The position numbers and the translations under genes were made by a program. A DNA stretch of 64,000 bases from Leptogorgia sarmentosa (taxonomy: Eukaryota). The notes under the pieces were generated by a model, which ran no database searches, had not been told where the DNA came from, and saw nothing but the letters and a program-made list of their open reading frames with translations. Below are positions 24,340 to 37,499 of this stretch, piece by piece. The stretch is taken from NCBI GenBank assembly GCA_964658305.1, contig OZ210885.1, positions 4,960,001-5,024,000 of the forward strand, written 5' to 3'. How positions within the stretch are numbered: the stretch's first letter is position 1; each line of letters begins with the position of its first letter.

Positions 24340-24740
24340 TAATTTTCAAAATGACCACCAACATTGTCAATTGTATGTGAGAAGCATACAATATCCATCA
24401 GGTTTGGAAAGAAGAATTTCAGCTGACGTAAGGCGATTCCACCAATCAGCATGTTAGACCCAAATTTATAATCAACAGCAAGGCATGTCATGAGCCTCTG
24501 AGCCAACTAATCAGCCTTTAATGCTTTTGAAAGCACTTCCAACCATATTAGCTGTTGCGTAGGCTGGAAGTTATCTTGAACGTAACAAACTACAATTGCA
24601 AGAGCTTCTCCCAGTCGGGCAGTTCCATCAAAAATGACTGAGACTTTGTTAATGTCTTTGAGCTCATTCTTGATGGTTTCTTTTTCTAGCACAGCTGGAA
24701 TAAGTTCAGCAAGGTGAGTAACACTGGCCAACTGTACGTC
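24340..24740 (-). mobile_element. hAT-superfamily transposase fragment
   Basis: VSVIFDGTARLGEALAIVV...LAQRLMTCLAVDY...CFSHTIDNVG; homologous to 38710-39390. Confidence 0.8.
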
Positions 24741-25099
24741 AAACAAATATATATTTTTGAGCTGCTGTACGCCAACTAAATATTAACTTGCACTGTTCAA
24801 TTACAGTGTAAAACATAGTAAGCTAAATGAAGTATTGTTACAAATAGTAGAAAACAATTGAACATACCTGAGTTTGATGTAATGGTAGGTGACCAATCAT
24901 GTTGTCGGTCTCTGCATAGGGATCCACTAGAATCCCGACGCCAGTCTCCAGGATGACTGGCTTTTCAGGTGAGAGGTTCTTTGATATTCAACATTTCATC
25001 AGGAGTTGAATGAAAAACTTTAATGGAGACTTTAAGTGAAACTTTAATGGATACTGTACCAAAACGTTCTTGAAACTGGTGTACTACTGAACTAAAATC

Positions 25100-25960
25100 T
25101 TATACTTACGTCACCAGCCTCATGATCAGAATAGTATACACTTACAACATTTGCTTCCATTTTCTCTCTTATTGACTGTTTTACATAAACATGGTCCATT
25201 AGCCTTCCAGATGAAACAAATGTTGGTTTAGTAACGGTTGAACGTAACTTAAAGATTTGGCAAGCTGTTTCAATGAAGAAACATTCTTATCTCTAAAGTA
25301 ATCAATATTAAAATCTCCAAATAAAACGTCAATATCCAAGCTAGTTATTATGTACTCTAGGCAAGATGGGAAGTCCTGAATGTTACTTCCATGTTTACGA
25401 TAAAGTAATAGGCAGGATAAGGTATTCCCACTTGAGTGGTTAAGTAAAAATTTCAAACCATTTATTGAACTGAAATATTCTGAATCGCATAGTGTAATAA
25501 TAATGTTCTTGTAGCAAAGGTCTAAACTTAAGAATTTATCGGAATGATCATCTTGCCTGTATACCTTTGCTAAGGATTTAGCTAATGTGATTATTTTATA
25601 CACTGGTTAAAAGTTGGGTTTCTGTGAGGGCAAGTACATCACATTTTTATAAGATTGTGTCATTAGTTAGGTCGAGACAGTGTTTCTTAAATGATCGTAT
25701 ATTTAAAAGGCCTTTAAAACATATTGTGGTGATGGGAGTTTCAATTCGACCAAGTACTGCCTCATTTGTGTTCGTTTCTGGTCAGACATTGCGGTACATT
25801 GTTGCCACATTCTCTTGGAATTGCTACAGCAGTGTGTATAGTTGTTCCACAAATATTTATGGCAGCTACACCAGTTGGAGCCGTTAGCAACACAGAAGGC
25901 AACTTGGGATTCATTGGGGCATGTCTAAATGTTTTTGTAACTGTATGATATATTATAGGT
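25100..25960 (-). mobile_element. Helitron/Helentron remnant: Pif1 helicase segment joined to AP-endonuclease segment
   Basis: VLLTAPTGVAAINICGTTIHTA (Pif1) followed by LLYRK..DVLFGDFNIDY..DHVYVK (EEP fold). Confidence 0.8.
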
Positions 25961-26156
25961 TTAATTAAGCGATCATTAGCGATATTGATGTCCATCTTCT
26001 CAAGATGTTCATGTTGTTGTGATGTACTCGGGTGCAGAATGTTGACGATTTTGGAACAGCAACATAGAAATAAGCAATATAATAGGTGGAAAATGTTCAC
26101 TGTAGACCACCTTGGAACAGCAACGTTATATAGTATTGACCATGCTTAATTGTTGG

Positions 26157-27100
26157 TCATTGGCATGGCATTTCATGGGGATTGCTGTTTAAAATATCCA
26201 CCAACACCATTCGCCTTTGATGTTTGATTGCAAAACGGTCGATGACTTTCTCGATGTCAACGTAAATTTCTCGATGAGTGTTCAATAGTGCCGGTGACGT
26301 TGGTCTTTTTCTCCCATTCTGCTTCTCATATACGTTTTCAATGTGTTCCACATTCTTAACTCCATTTCGAGGAAATGGGGGGAGGCAAGTTATCTTGGTA
26401 CTTATTCCAAAAATGAGAAAGTGTTCAATCCACTTCGTTTCACTAGTCAGGTAACTTGGAAAAGCATATATGGCATCAAATGCATCAAGATTTCCTTCTG
26501 AGAAGCGGGACTGTATCTGTCCTACAAGCGATCAAGGAAGGAAATTGTCAAAGCTTGTTTAAAGAATTCGGCGTGCTGTCCGCAGGTACATTGACTCGGT
26601 GCATCTGATGGCCCTTTTTGACTTTTTGAAAGGTTCCACTCCTTTCACTCCACCTGATCATTCCACCAGCTTTGTAACAAGAATCTTGACCATTTGGCTT
26701 GTCAGTCCTTATCCCCTCTAGTGCTGCCAAGATAGCCAAGTAAAGTTTCCGACCGAAAAATTGAGAGGCCATTAATTCTTGCCATCCATCTTGTAAGGCA
26801 AACATTGAAAAGCTTCTCGTGATGGGACTCGGGGTTGATTTCTTTAATCTTCTCTTTTAATGTGAGGTTTCTTTTGGGAGAATTATTAAAGAAGTCGGAC
26901 ACTGAACGGACATCATCCATCATTTTACGGACCATCTCAATGGAACATGCGGATACAACATATAGATTTAGGATATGTGAGCCACAATGCATGTAAACTG
27001 TCTTCTCATAGCTCCATGGGATTCTGGTAGCAACCCCAGAAAATTTTCCTGCCATATTTCCCGCCCCATCGTAGCCCTGACCCAACATTTTTCTATACCC
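26157..27100 (-). mobile_element. hAT transposase pseudogene (THAP12/ZMYM1-like)
   Basis: GQGYDGAGNMAGKFSGV, YMHCGSHILNL, FFNNSPKR, CLTRW and dimerisation tail ALLNTHREIYVDIEKVIDRFA. Confidence 0.92.
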
Positions 27101-27365
27101 GACATGAATGAAACCCATTTGAGTAAGTTGAGCAAGTGTAAATTTGCTTAGATGACTTTTTAAACGAGTGAGGAAAATTCAAGGTGTGTGATACATGTCT
27201 TGTGGAAAAATACAATAACTGGATTAGCATTTTTAGAAGCTGTAACAGCATTTTTCTTTGAAATTTGCAGTATTGTGATGAGGGGCGAAAATTCACATCA
27301 ACGATTCAGTCATTCAGTCATTCATAGGGGTGCGCGTTCCAAATTCTCCTGATATGCTAAACTCC

Positions 27366-29358
27366 TAGCCTCCTCCGCAGACATCTCTAGGGTTTTATTA
27401 GGGATTTTAGTAGTTAGCCCGCAGATTTTAGGGGGTTTAGCCCGCGAGTAGGTAGGGCGGGAAAAGTTCGGGGAGATGCCTGCCATAAATCGACACAAAA
27501 ATGTGCACTGCGCATACCTGCTCGTGCATGCTAAGTTTAGCAAATTGTGACAAAATCTAACTGAGCAGGGGTGGCAAGGAGATTTGTTGTTTGCTGGAAG
27601 GAACGAGGAAATCTTGTTTTTAAATTTGTGTAAATGTATATAACATTTTGTGGTTTAAAAGATGAATATATAAAGGTTATTTGTAATTGTTATTGTAATT
27701 TGACACTTTTTATGGTGTGGAGACTGTAATTTGACACTTTTGTGAGGTGTGGATATTTCACAATTCACAATCAACATGGCTGTGCCTTTAGGTGAAAGCG
27801 AGCGAAATATTATCGAGAAAATATCAAATATTCCTGCGTATTACCCGATAAATGCACACGGTTTTAACGCTGATTGTGAAGAAGAAAGGTTGCCACATAT
27901 GTCAGTTTACGTTTTAATGATGAAGAGATGATCTTTAAGAGAGTTGTTTTTGATAAACCCTTGCATTCTGGTAACTCCTTGTCTAACATTGATATCAAGG
28001 TATCACTGGCAACTTCTTTTCCTTGGACAAAGTCCACTTTTGCCAAGATTATTTCCTTTATCTTGGTTTTAAAAGCATGATGTGCAGGATTGACTGAAAC
28101 AAGAATGTTTAAAATAATCTGTTTAAAATTTAATGTTTAAAAGGCAATGTATAGGTAACATGTGCAACTAGGAGGTGCGAGCCATCCTAATAAGGCTGAG
28201 TAAAAAAACACTTGAAAATACAACAAAATCCCTATACTGGCCCGACAGTGTCTGACTGTAAAAACCAGGCTATGCAAGAATCTTGTCTGAATACAAGATT
28301 TTAAATAGCTGCAGTGATACAATATGGTTATGTCTGTAGGGAGGGGGGTCAATGAAGTATGAATTCCAGAGCTTATATTAAATCTACAGTGGGACAAGAT
28401 CTTTTTGTCAAATTTGTATGTTACTAATAAATATGGGTGCCTGACATAAATCTTCTGTTGGATGAACAATGAACACTATTCATATTTAATTATAACATTC
28501 ACTGTCATTGGGTCTGATGGAATTAATAACCACAGCAAAATTCAAGCAAATTTAAGATGTAGATGCTGTTGGTGGCATGGATTCTGTTCTATACACCATT
28601 CAAATAGTCCATACAACAAGATATACGTTTATCATAGAGGACATATGCCATATACAACGCAGATTGTGAATCGATGGCACAGCATAAAGTATCGTGTTTC
28701 ATAATTAGTATATCAATTATCATGAACGCAAAAAAATCAAATATGCGCTGTATAGTTTAAAATTGCAATCAGATAGAAACATACCTTTCCGTTTCGTTCC
28801 GCCTGGCGTGCGAATTACGCTTCTTTCGTGTGATTTGGAAGGCTCTGTCCTTCTAATCTGACAAGTAGCAGGTGCCTTGTGTGGTTCTTTCTCGGATCTA
28901 CCTTGTGCTTCGTCTTTGACTGCCGCAATATCCACGGCAAGTTTGTCTAACTGTGCCTTTAGATTTTGTGCATTATTTAGCTTTGCTTTTATCGTCGACT
29001 GTCTCCTTTTCACATCCTTCACAACATTGCGATAATCCTTGCTAGCGACCGGCAAAGAACTTTTCTTATATACCGGAATTTTAGAACCATTTGTAGACAT
29101 ATTCAGTAACTTGTAAATACTTCGCTCCTTCGAATGGCAATAGGCAATAGTGAAGTGACAAAACCTACTTAGGGGACCCCGGGTACAGTGACAAGTCCAC
29201 TAGGTACAGTGAGACGTCCACTTTGTGCGATTTATGGCAGGCATCTTGCTGCGACTTTTTTACTCGCCCTACCCACTCGCGGGCTAAACCCCCTAAAATC
29301 TGCTGGCTAACTACAAAAATCCCTAATAAAACCCTAGAGATGCCTGCGGAGGAGGCTA
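27366..29358. mobile_element. Complete 2-kb non-autonomous TIR transposon with TAG..CTA ends and 9-bp TSD (AcademH-like or Mutator-like)
   Basis: About 130-bp imperfect TIRs (tagcctcctccgcag... / ...ctgcggaggaggcta); ctaaactcc at 27357-27365 and 29359-29367. Confidence 0.9.
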
Positions 29359-30326
29359 CTAAACTCCATAATTGACTTATATCCTTGGAATGTTTGAACA
29401 AAAATTATTCGATTGCAGTTATATATCATTGCTCATCATTATTTGCAGTTGTTCTCATTGATACTAAAGTTTGTTAGATGAATACAGTACACAATGGCGG
29501 AGGCCCCTCCAGAATTTCAGTTTTTGCAAAAATTGCAACTCAGCACATGTATGGGGAATGAAATTACACAATATGGCGGACACTAAGAGTGGGACTGTGA
29601 ATCAGTAATTCACTATGATGATAATATAATGTGGCCAACATGTTTGAATAAGTTGATAAAGCAGTTAAAATGTTCTTTATATATCAGCAATGAATCTAGA
29701 GATTTGAATTTATTATAATTATTAGTAGAAAACTTGTATTTGCCTCGTCATGCTCAATTTAAAATAGCTACTGTTAACTGCCACAGAGCACATTATATTA
29801 AAACATTTAGTTGGCGGACATTGCCATCGCAATTCACAAATAGCGGGCAAGTCAGGTGTATGACACAGTAGAACTCATCACAACAAGATAGCCATAATTT
29901 TAACTGGTATTTAGTTAATATGGTTGATGATAGCCAACATATGTGCGAGCTTTCGCATTTATAGCTTTTGTGTTTGTTTTCGCCGTCTTCGACTCTTCCC
30001 GTCTTCAGGCCTCGCAGTTGTTTGTTTACCAGACATACTGGGGATTTACAAAATTTTCAATACTAAAAGAACTAAACTATCACAGGCATACAAAAGTAAA
30101 TTTAACGTTGGCCTGATACTGTGAATAAAATGGATTATAATAATACGAATAATAAAATTATTACGACACAGAAGTATTGGTACGATGTGTATGTAATTTT
30201 GAAAAGGTCAGAGATTTATCTGATTTGCTTTTAACACACACGCTGCTGTCTGCTGCGACCACTGCCAGTTGCTTTCTGACAATAAAATAGTGATTATTTT
30301 GAAAATATGATTTTAATGTCTTCTTA

Positions 30327-30452
30327 GGCCCGTTTCATACCTGGAATTTTGGTCGCATCGAATGCAATTCAAACAATGGATAATGAGATGACTAACTTCA
30401 TTATCCATTGTTTGAATTGCATTCGACCAAAATTCCGCGTATGAAACAGGCC
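30327..30452. mobile_element. Hairpin MITE, PIF/Harbinger-like
   Basis: Almost wholly palindromic (ggcccgtttcatac...gtatgaaacaggcc), with TTA on both sides. Confidence 0.8.
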
Positions 30453-31289
30453 TTAGAAACTTTGCACTATCCTTGGATCCCTAGTTTATCAAATTTGCGT
30501 TTTTCGAGTACCGGATAGAGGTTCATAATGCAACATTTACATTACATGCAATACAACACGGACATTCGCGTGCATCCTTTAAAGTGCTACTGAAACGAAA
30601 TTTTCGATCCCTTTCTTTTTCGCTTTAAACAATATTCAGGATTTTGGATGAATTTTGGTATATAAATGAGCACTGTACGTTGACTGCAAGCTGACTAATT
30701 TTGCCCTCAAAGTGTGACTTCGCATCCGAACTTTTTGATACGTCATAAGATGAACACGTCTCGAAGCTTTCTCTATAGATTCTATTGCGCTTGCGGTATT
30801 GTCCGTGATCTTTTCTCGATTTTTTTCGGAATGTAAAAGTTTTCTGAACTTAAGATAAAAGTTATATAATTGTAAGAATATACAGAGTAAAAATGCCCAG
30901 TAATGAGCGGAATAGCAGTGTCGGCTCACCAGAAAACGGCAAAACACTTCGTCGGATTTAGATGGCGGTAAAAGCACATCTGGGTCTCTTTGCACATAGC
31001 ATCGCACAAGTATATCTAAGATGACGAACCTTTGCAAGAACCAGGGGGAAATATAAAAGTTGTAGAAGATCCTGATGGTATATTGTTGTGAACATTGTAA
31101 GCTAGAAGCGACGGCACAGTCACTATTGAACAGTGGTACATTCTCCTTATTTGCGTTGTTTATGTTAATGTAATATGCTAAATAACTCCAACATGGCGCA
31201 AGGCCCCTGCAGAATTTCAGTTTTTGCAAAAATTGCAACTCGGTTAAATCGTAGAAGCTTTGCACTATCCTTGGATCCCTAGTTGGTCT

Positions 31290-31997
31290 TTGGTAATGGA
31301 ATCAAAATTCTACTAAAAGGCTCTTTGAAGGCTGGAATTGGTTTCAAGGGTGCTTTCGGAATAGTCTGATTCGGTTTTCCTATGACTTGACAGGTGTGAC
31401 AAGTTTTACAAAATTCCACAACATCTCTGTGAATACCTGGCCAGTAAAAGCCTTATTTATTCCTAAATGACCGGACAATGGTGTTTAGTGAGCTAAACTG
31501 GGGATTGATAGCTTTTTGGCATTGCAATTTGATATCGAACTAGCCATTCTTCATTTACTGGGAATGTAGGTCGCAGTTTCCTCATGAGTATACCGTTTTT
31601 CATAAAATAGCAAATCGGATCATTTGCAGCATCAGTTTTGTCTAGCGTGTTGAATTAGTACTGAAATATCAGGATCGTTTTGTTGTTTGGTGATGAGATT
31701 TGTTGATGAAATATTTTCGTTGTCAGTTAGCATAGGAAGAAACATATGTGAAATGTTTACGTCATCCAAATCTTTTGATTGTTGTTTGCTCATTGCTCTT
31801 GTAACAGCACATGACGGATATAAATTTGGAAAAACGTCCTCTATTGGGTCTGGACTTTGGGAAAGAATTGGTTTATCGCTCAAAATCGGATCAACATTGT
31901 CTTTACTTCCTGCAAGATAGTTACCAAGTATCAACTGAATTCCATCAAACGGTAGAGAGCCTATAATGACTTCTCCTGAAACTAACCCTGATTTCAA
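31290..31997 (-). mobile_element. Gypsy (Gmr1-like) pol fragment: protease end to integrase Zn-binding region
   Basis: LKSGLVSGEV..LILGNYLAG, PSCAVTRAM, GHLGINK, YWPGIHRDVVEFCKTCHTCQVIGKPNQTIPKAPLKPIP. Confidence 0.88.
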
Positions 31998-32159
31998 GTT
32001 GATGTTATGTGATGAAGGTTGTCATTTGTGTTTAGTATGTTTATAAGTCTTGTGTCTGTGAGTTCGTTTGTTGCATTGTTCTCTAGTTCACTAAAATCGT
32101 CAGGTTGATCCATTATTTCGATTTCACCAATCAGTATGTCGCCTTCAGATTTGTTGCAG

Positions 32160-32229
32160 TTTAGGTGGTTTCCAGTGTCCATGTTTAGGTGGTTTCCAGT
32201 CTCCATGTTTAGGGGGTTTCCAGTGTCCA
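32160..32229. repeat. 24-bp minisatellite, 3 copies
   Basis: gtttaggtggtttccagtgtccat units. Confidence 0.85.
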
Positions 32230-32571
32230 AATTTATGGGGTTTTCCGATTAGTTAATAATTGACCCAGTAAAAACAAAAGAAACCCGGTCAACTATGCTA
32301 TTAGGACAATTATTGAATGTACGCTGCATTGGTTTCTTGCAATTATAGTTTGCCATTATACGTTCACTATACTGGTGATGAAAACAGTATCCTTTACAGC
32401 ACCTTATGGTGTAACTTTCCCATGGCCCCCATTTTCCTTTTCTCTTTTTCAAACTTTCTCGTAGCTTGTTGAGAAAGTTCTGCAAACAAACGATTGATAA
32501 TATCAAAAAGGATATATATTGTTTAACCCAATGTGAAAAACCAATACCTTGCAGCTTTTTTCATTACTCTA

Positions 32572-32924
32572 CCGGGTGGTCCAGAAAAAAGTTTACGCGT
32601 TTGATTCAGTAAAGTGAACAAAGCATAAGCGCTACATCGTTCAAATTAATGTAGCTGAATTTGTAAAAGCCCAACTTAAATTTGGACGTATAATACATGT
32701 ATTTTCGTAAAGTATTACTCAAGATATTAGCATTTCAATTTGCAACTGCATTTTTAAAATGTCCCAAAATTAGCTAAAAGTTTTTATCACCGTAGGTTTA
32801 CTCGGACAGGGAATGTGAACATTATCCAATAAATTGGCCAACGGCGTACAACCTCTTCAGCATTATTTACAGTAGCATATTGTAAACAAACCCAAACTTG
32901 TTGTTGCATGGTTAAAGGAGGCAT
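32572..32924 (-). mobile_element. Internally deleted mariner-family remnant (HTH start plus TIR)
   Basis: MPPLTMQQQVWVCLQYATVNNAEEVVRRWP, and TA|CCGGGTGGTCCAGAAAAAAG at 32570. Confidence 0.55.
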
Positions 32925-33489
32925 GTTTACAGGCAGAAAGCTTAAATTCGTTCGAAATTCTTCGTCGCAAGCGCAAGTTAAATTCAATTTCCCAAAGGAC
33001 AATTTCCCAAGGGACAAAATTTACCTTTTTCGAAATTTTGTTGCTTTTTCAATAATAATAAAACAAATAAATATTTAGAGAAAGCTTCGTAACAACGTTT
33101 TTAATCAACTTATTACATTGAGCTTCTTGGGAAGATTCAATGGCCTCTATCGCTTCAGATACTGCTCCTTATATCTTTTCAAGGGTTGGTACTGCCACCG
33201 TTTTTCCCACATAGTTAAATTGGCTGCTTTGACACTCTGTCTGCAAGAAAAAATGGCGATGAAAGTTTTCGTACAAAACATGCAGAAAGTGCGTTTTCAT
33301 ACAAAACGTGCAGAAGCTGCGTTTCTTACGTTTCTACTTTTCCAGAAAAATGTGTTGTGCAGTAACCATTGTTTTCTGCAGCAGTTACCTATGACAAAAA
33401 AGTACAGTAAAATGAATAGATTATTTACAGGAAGTGGTAAAGTTCTCTCCTAATTTAATTTAAGAATTCTTAACACAAATATTAATATA

Positions 33490-34190
33490 TTACAATGATT
33501 TTAAAGTTTGCAAATTAGTTTCATATTTGATAGTTAGAAGAGAATTAATAACTGCTTGGTAAACCTCCAAAAAGATATCAAGACTATCCATCCTGGCCAA
33601 CCACCTTGTTCGGCAAACATCAATAACATGAGTATGATGAGCGGTTGTTTTAGACTCTTTGATTTGTTTTTCGAAAAGACCAAAGCGTTTTGTACTGTTG
33701 TTGAAAAAAGACGATACCATTTTAACATGACTGATGACCCATTGTGTTCCTTACTGGCTGAGTAAATGCAATCCGCAATGGAACGGTGGAGCTTTTGGAA
33801 ACATTGCTGCAATTCGTGTTGCGGCTCCTGAACTCTTCCTCGCCATATTACTGGCACCATTGTAACCTTGACCACAACAGCGGCTCGTATCCAAAAAGAC
33901 ATTTTGCACACCAGTAAAATTTTGTCAGCAATAGCGTCACCTGCAACACCTACATCGCACTCAATGAAACCTGAAAGATTTCTGAGTTGCTGTTCACATA
34001 ACGAATCACCAATGGCATCTGTTCCAAATTGGCAATATCGGCAGCTTCATCTGCTAGAATAGAGAAGTATTTGGACTTGTTTATTTCATGTGATAATTTA
34101 GATATAATAATCTCCCCACAAATAGCTAAAATCTCATTCTGTGTTGTCTTCGATCGATATGTTGCTGATTTTGGTGCACTGGCGATATGT
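33490..34190 (-). mobile_element. hAT transposase fragment (THAP12-like)
   Basis: TYRSKTTQNEILAICG, GQGYNGASNMA, FFNNSTKR, VCRTRW. Confidence 0.88.
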
Positions 34191-34283
34191 TATTCAAAAA
34201 TTGTATTGTTGCTGTATATAGCTAAAAACTTGAGGATTTCTTGAAGATTACCAGGATTAATGCCACTGTTGTCGTAGTGTATA

Positions 34284-35411
34284 ATATTTAAAGAAGCAGG
34301 TCTACCAAACATTTCCAAAAGTACACGAAACAGAATTTTGGCAAAGATGGCTGAGAACAAATCTTCACTGAAAAGGCCTCCACTAACGGAAAGGCACAAA
34401 AAATTGCGGTTGAATTGGGCTAAAAACTATATGAAAACAGACATGAAATGTGTATTGTTTACAGACGAGTCAAGAGCAACTTTAAACGGCCCTGATGGTT
34501 GGTCGAAAGGATGGGTCCTCCATGGTGATCAGTGTCCAATAAGAATGAGACGTCAACAGGGAGGAGGGGGTGTCATGATATGGGCTGGTATCGTTGGGGA
34601 TGAAATTCTTGGTCCTGTTCGTGTACCAGAGGGTGTTAAAATAACATCTCATACTTACTGCCAGTTTTTAAAGAGGGTCCTTGAACCATGGTTGGAAGAG
34701 ATCCCATTGTCGCTATTGAGAAAGATAATTTACATGCATGACAACGCTCCTTCCCATTCTGCGAAAGCAACAACTGAATATTTAGAGTCTTTGGGTTTTA
34801 ACAACCAAAGGTTGATGATTTGGCCTCCAAATTCACCCGACCTAAACCCGATAGAGAATTTGTGGTCTATTATGAAGCGGAGAGTTTATGCTGATGGTAA
34901 ACAGTATACTTCTAAAGACGCCTTGTGGAAAGCGATAAAACAGGCGGCAGCTTCCATACCAAGTTCTCTGATAAGAAAACTTACAGATTCCGTGAATGAA
35001 AGACTGTTTGACATTATCAGACTCAATGGATCCCACGTCAGTAGATAACTAAGATAACCCGCTCTCATTGGCTCAAATGTGACGTTTTGTTGAGTGCTGT
35101 TGACCGAATGACAATGTTTCGTGTTAGGAATGTGTCACTACTAGAGTATCTACCATGTTTGAGTGATAACTACGTTTTTGTTAGCAAATTTATTGTTTTT
35201 CGAAATCGAAACTATTACTGTGGTTCAGGCAAAAACAGAGAACAGTTATAATAAAGAAATTTTTGTGCATTGCTTGAATGTGTCACATTTTTCACTTTCT
35301 GTATGGTATTACACTTTTGAGTCACCTTATTATACTTTCCACTACAATATGCCGAAATTTAAGACAAATTTTTCAAAGCTAGCATTATGACTAATATCGT
35401 GAGTCGCAGTG
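34284..35411 (+). mobile_element. 5'-truncated Tc1-like DD37E (TRT-type) transposon with open catalytic domain (frame ends 35048) and right end
   Basis: VLFTDESR, RRQQGGGGVMIWAGI, HDNAPSH...SPDLNPIE (37 residues between D and E); ends ...gcagtg followed by TA. Confidence 0.93.
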
Positions 35412-36193
35412 TAGTTGTATGGGGAGGTCAGATTGGAGTTTGTAGGTTGAGGAGGGTGCCCTAGTCTCATCTGTATGTGGAGTTATATGTTTGTCGTCGT
35501 TTGTTTTATCGGATGTGTTGGTATGAGGGGGTGTTTTTTGGGTCAGGTTTTGTAGGCCGGTGTCGCTGTCAGTGTCCGTTAATGTTTGTGTGTTTTCATG
35601 TCGTCGTTGGTTTGATCGTTGTTAGTCCTTCCAGTCCTTATCAAGGACAGGGTGTCAATCTGTAGTTGATGAAGGTTGTCGTTTGTGTTTACTATGTTTA
35701 TAAGTCTTGTGTCTGTGAGTTCGTTTGTTGCATTGTTGTCTGGTTCACTAAGATCGTCAGGTTGATCATCACTTTGCTCCGAATTAGGCATCCTGGTACT
35801 TTTAAAGTGCTTTGGCTGTGACATCTTAATTAACAAAAATATACATTTTCTACCATGACTATATAGAATGAATGGTAGTGAATATACAGAAGACGTATTT
35901 CACTAGATTTTATTTTGTAATATATATAGCTAACATATTTTATTCAGTATATAACGACCAAACAAAAAACAGATGTTCGAATACATGGCTATATATATAT
36001 ATACCAAGTAGGATATGTAACAGAGTCACACAATTGGCAAATGGTTTGAGAGCGCTCAATACCATTATAGGTAGAGCGCTCTCAATTGGACCTTTAATAA
36101 ATATAATATATATATATATATATATATAGAATTAGGTTTCGTTGTTTACAAAAACATTTGGCAGAGTGCTCAATGGATATTCAGAGCATAATT

Positions 36194-36268
36194 AAATAAG
36201 TACAACGACTCAACAAATTCCACTAGGCATCTTTATTAGTGGAATTTGTTGAGTCGTTGTACTTATTT
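36194..36268. repeat. Perfect 32-bp inverted repeat with 11-nt loop, next to (TA)n tracts
   Basis: aaataagtacaacgactcaacaaattccacta / tagtggaatttgttgagtcgttgtacttattt; (TA)n at about 36103-36128 and 36274-36342. Confidence 0.93.
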
Positions 36269-36346
<78 letters not shown>

Positions 36347-37499
36347 AAAAGAAATATAATTTTGACTTCAATAGTATATTAATTAAAGTTTTCAATTAAA
36401 CTTCAACAAGGCCAAACTTTTCCGCATGGAAACATCTTTTGATTCATCCAAACTCGAGAAATACGTGACGATTGAATGCCTTAGGGCTGTCATGCTGGCA
36501 CGAATTGAAACCTCGCGTTGAAAAATGTCTGAATGAGAGTAACGCTTTTTACAGGCTTGTGTTGCACTTGGAAGCCGAGCTTTTTTCTCTCCTCGGTGGG
36601 CTTGTCAGTCTGACTCGTCTCCATTGGTGCAGCTGCAGTGGGAGCGCTGTCGGTTTCGCTGACGTCGCTCTCGGGGCTGTCGCTCTCAGTTTCTGCCGTC
36701 GTTGTCGCCGCTGCGAAGGAGGGCATACGCGCTTGAGTGGGTAAGGTGCATCTTAGCTCGGCCTCTACGTGCACGACTGGCTGTTGCGAAGTGGTGGTGG
36801 TCTGCGTTTAGGGTCGAGCCAAACTAGTACTGGAACTGGACGTCGTCGATGCCTGGGCTGCTTTTCGCTTTCTTGCCAAGAACACAGGCGTTTCTCTGTT
36901 TTTCATCTGCCTCTTGCACACCTTGGCCTTGTGAGAACAACCTGCAGGGAAAACGATGGGCAAATCTTGTCAATTTTCGCTAGTCTATAAAAGGTCTCCG
37001 TTTAAAACACGATACTTGAATATTTAATACAACACGCGTAAGCGAAAATGAAGCTGTGGAACATTCGAAATATTCCTGGTATTCGTCATTGATTGACAGT
37101 TGAGTTCAAGTTCTGCGATACGATTGGTTGAATATCGTTCCGACGACTGCGCGCAATGACGCGTATGCTTTCTGACCACGCAAGCATAATATCGCTGCAT
37201 GACGCCACGATCGAACCCCGTGATCGATTCCACGGCTCCTGATTGGTCGCATTGATAATTCATTGTTTCCAAGTGACCACATGGAATCTCGCGAATTTTA
37301 CTAAACACCTCCATCCAAAATGGATATGATAATGGATCACCTCTAGATGAATAAGGTTTCAAAATTTTAAAGGACAATGAATAAATTGTTACTGGAATAA
37401 ATTTTAAAAAAATCGTCTTGAATTAAAAGGTTTAAAAATCTGGTTTAAAATAATTACCCTCTATATCCTGTTTCTTTCTTCGATAATATTGTGGCCTGA

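Noticed and set aside
30636..31265. 209-aa minus-strand ORF
   Set aside because: No motif, atypical composition, and it spans repeat-derived pieces duplicated elsewhere.
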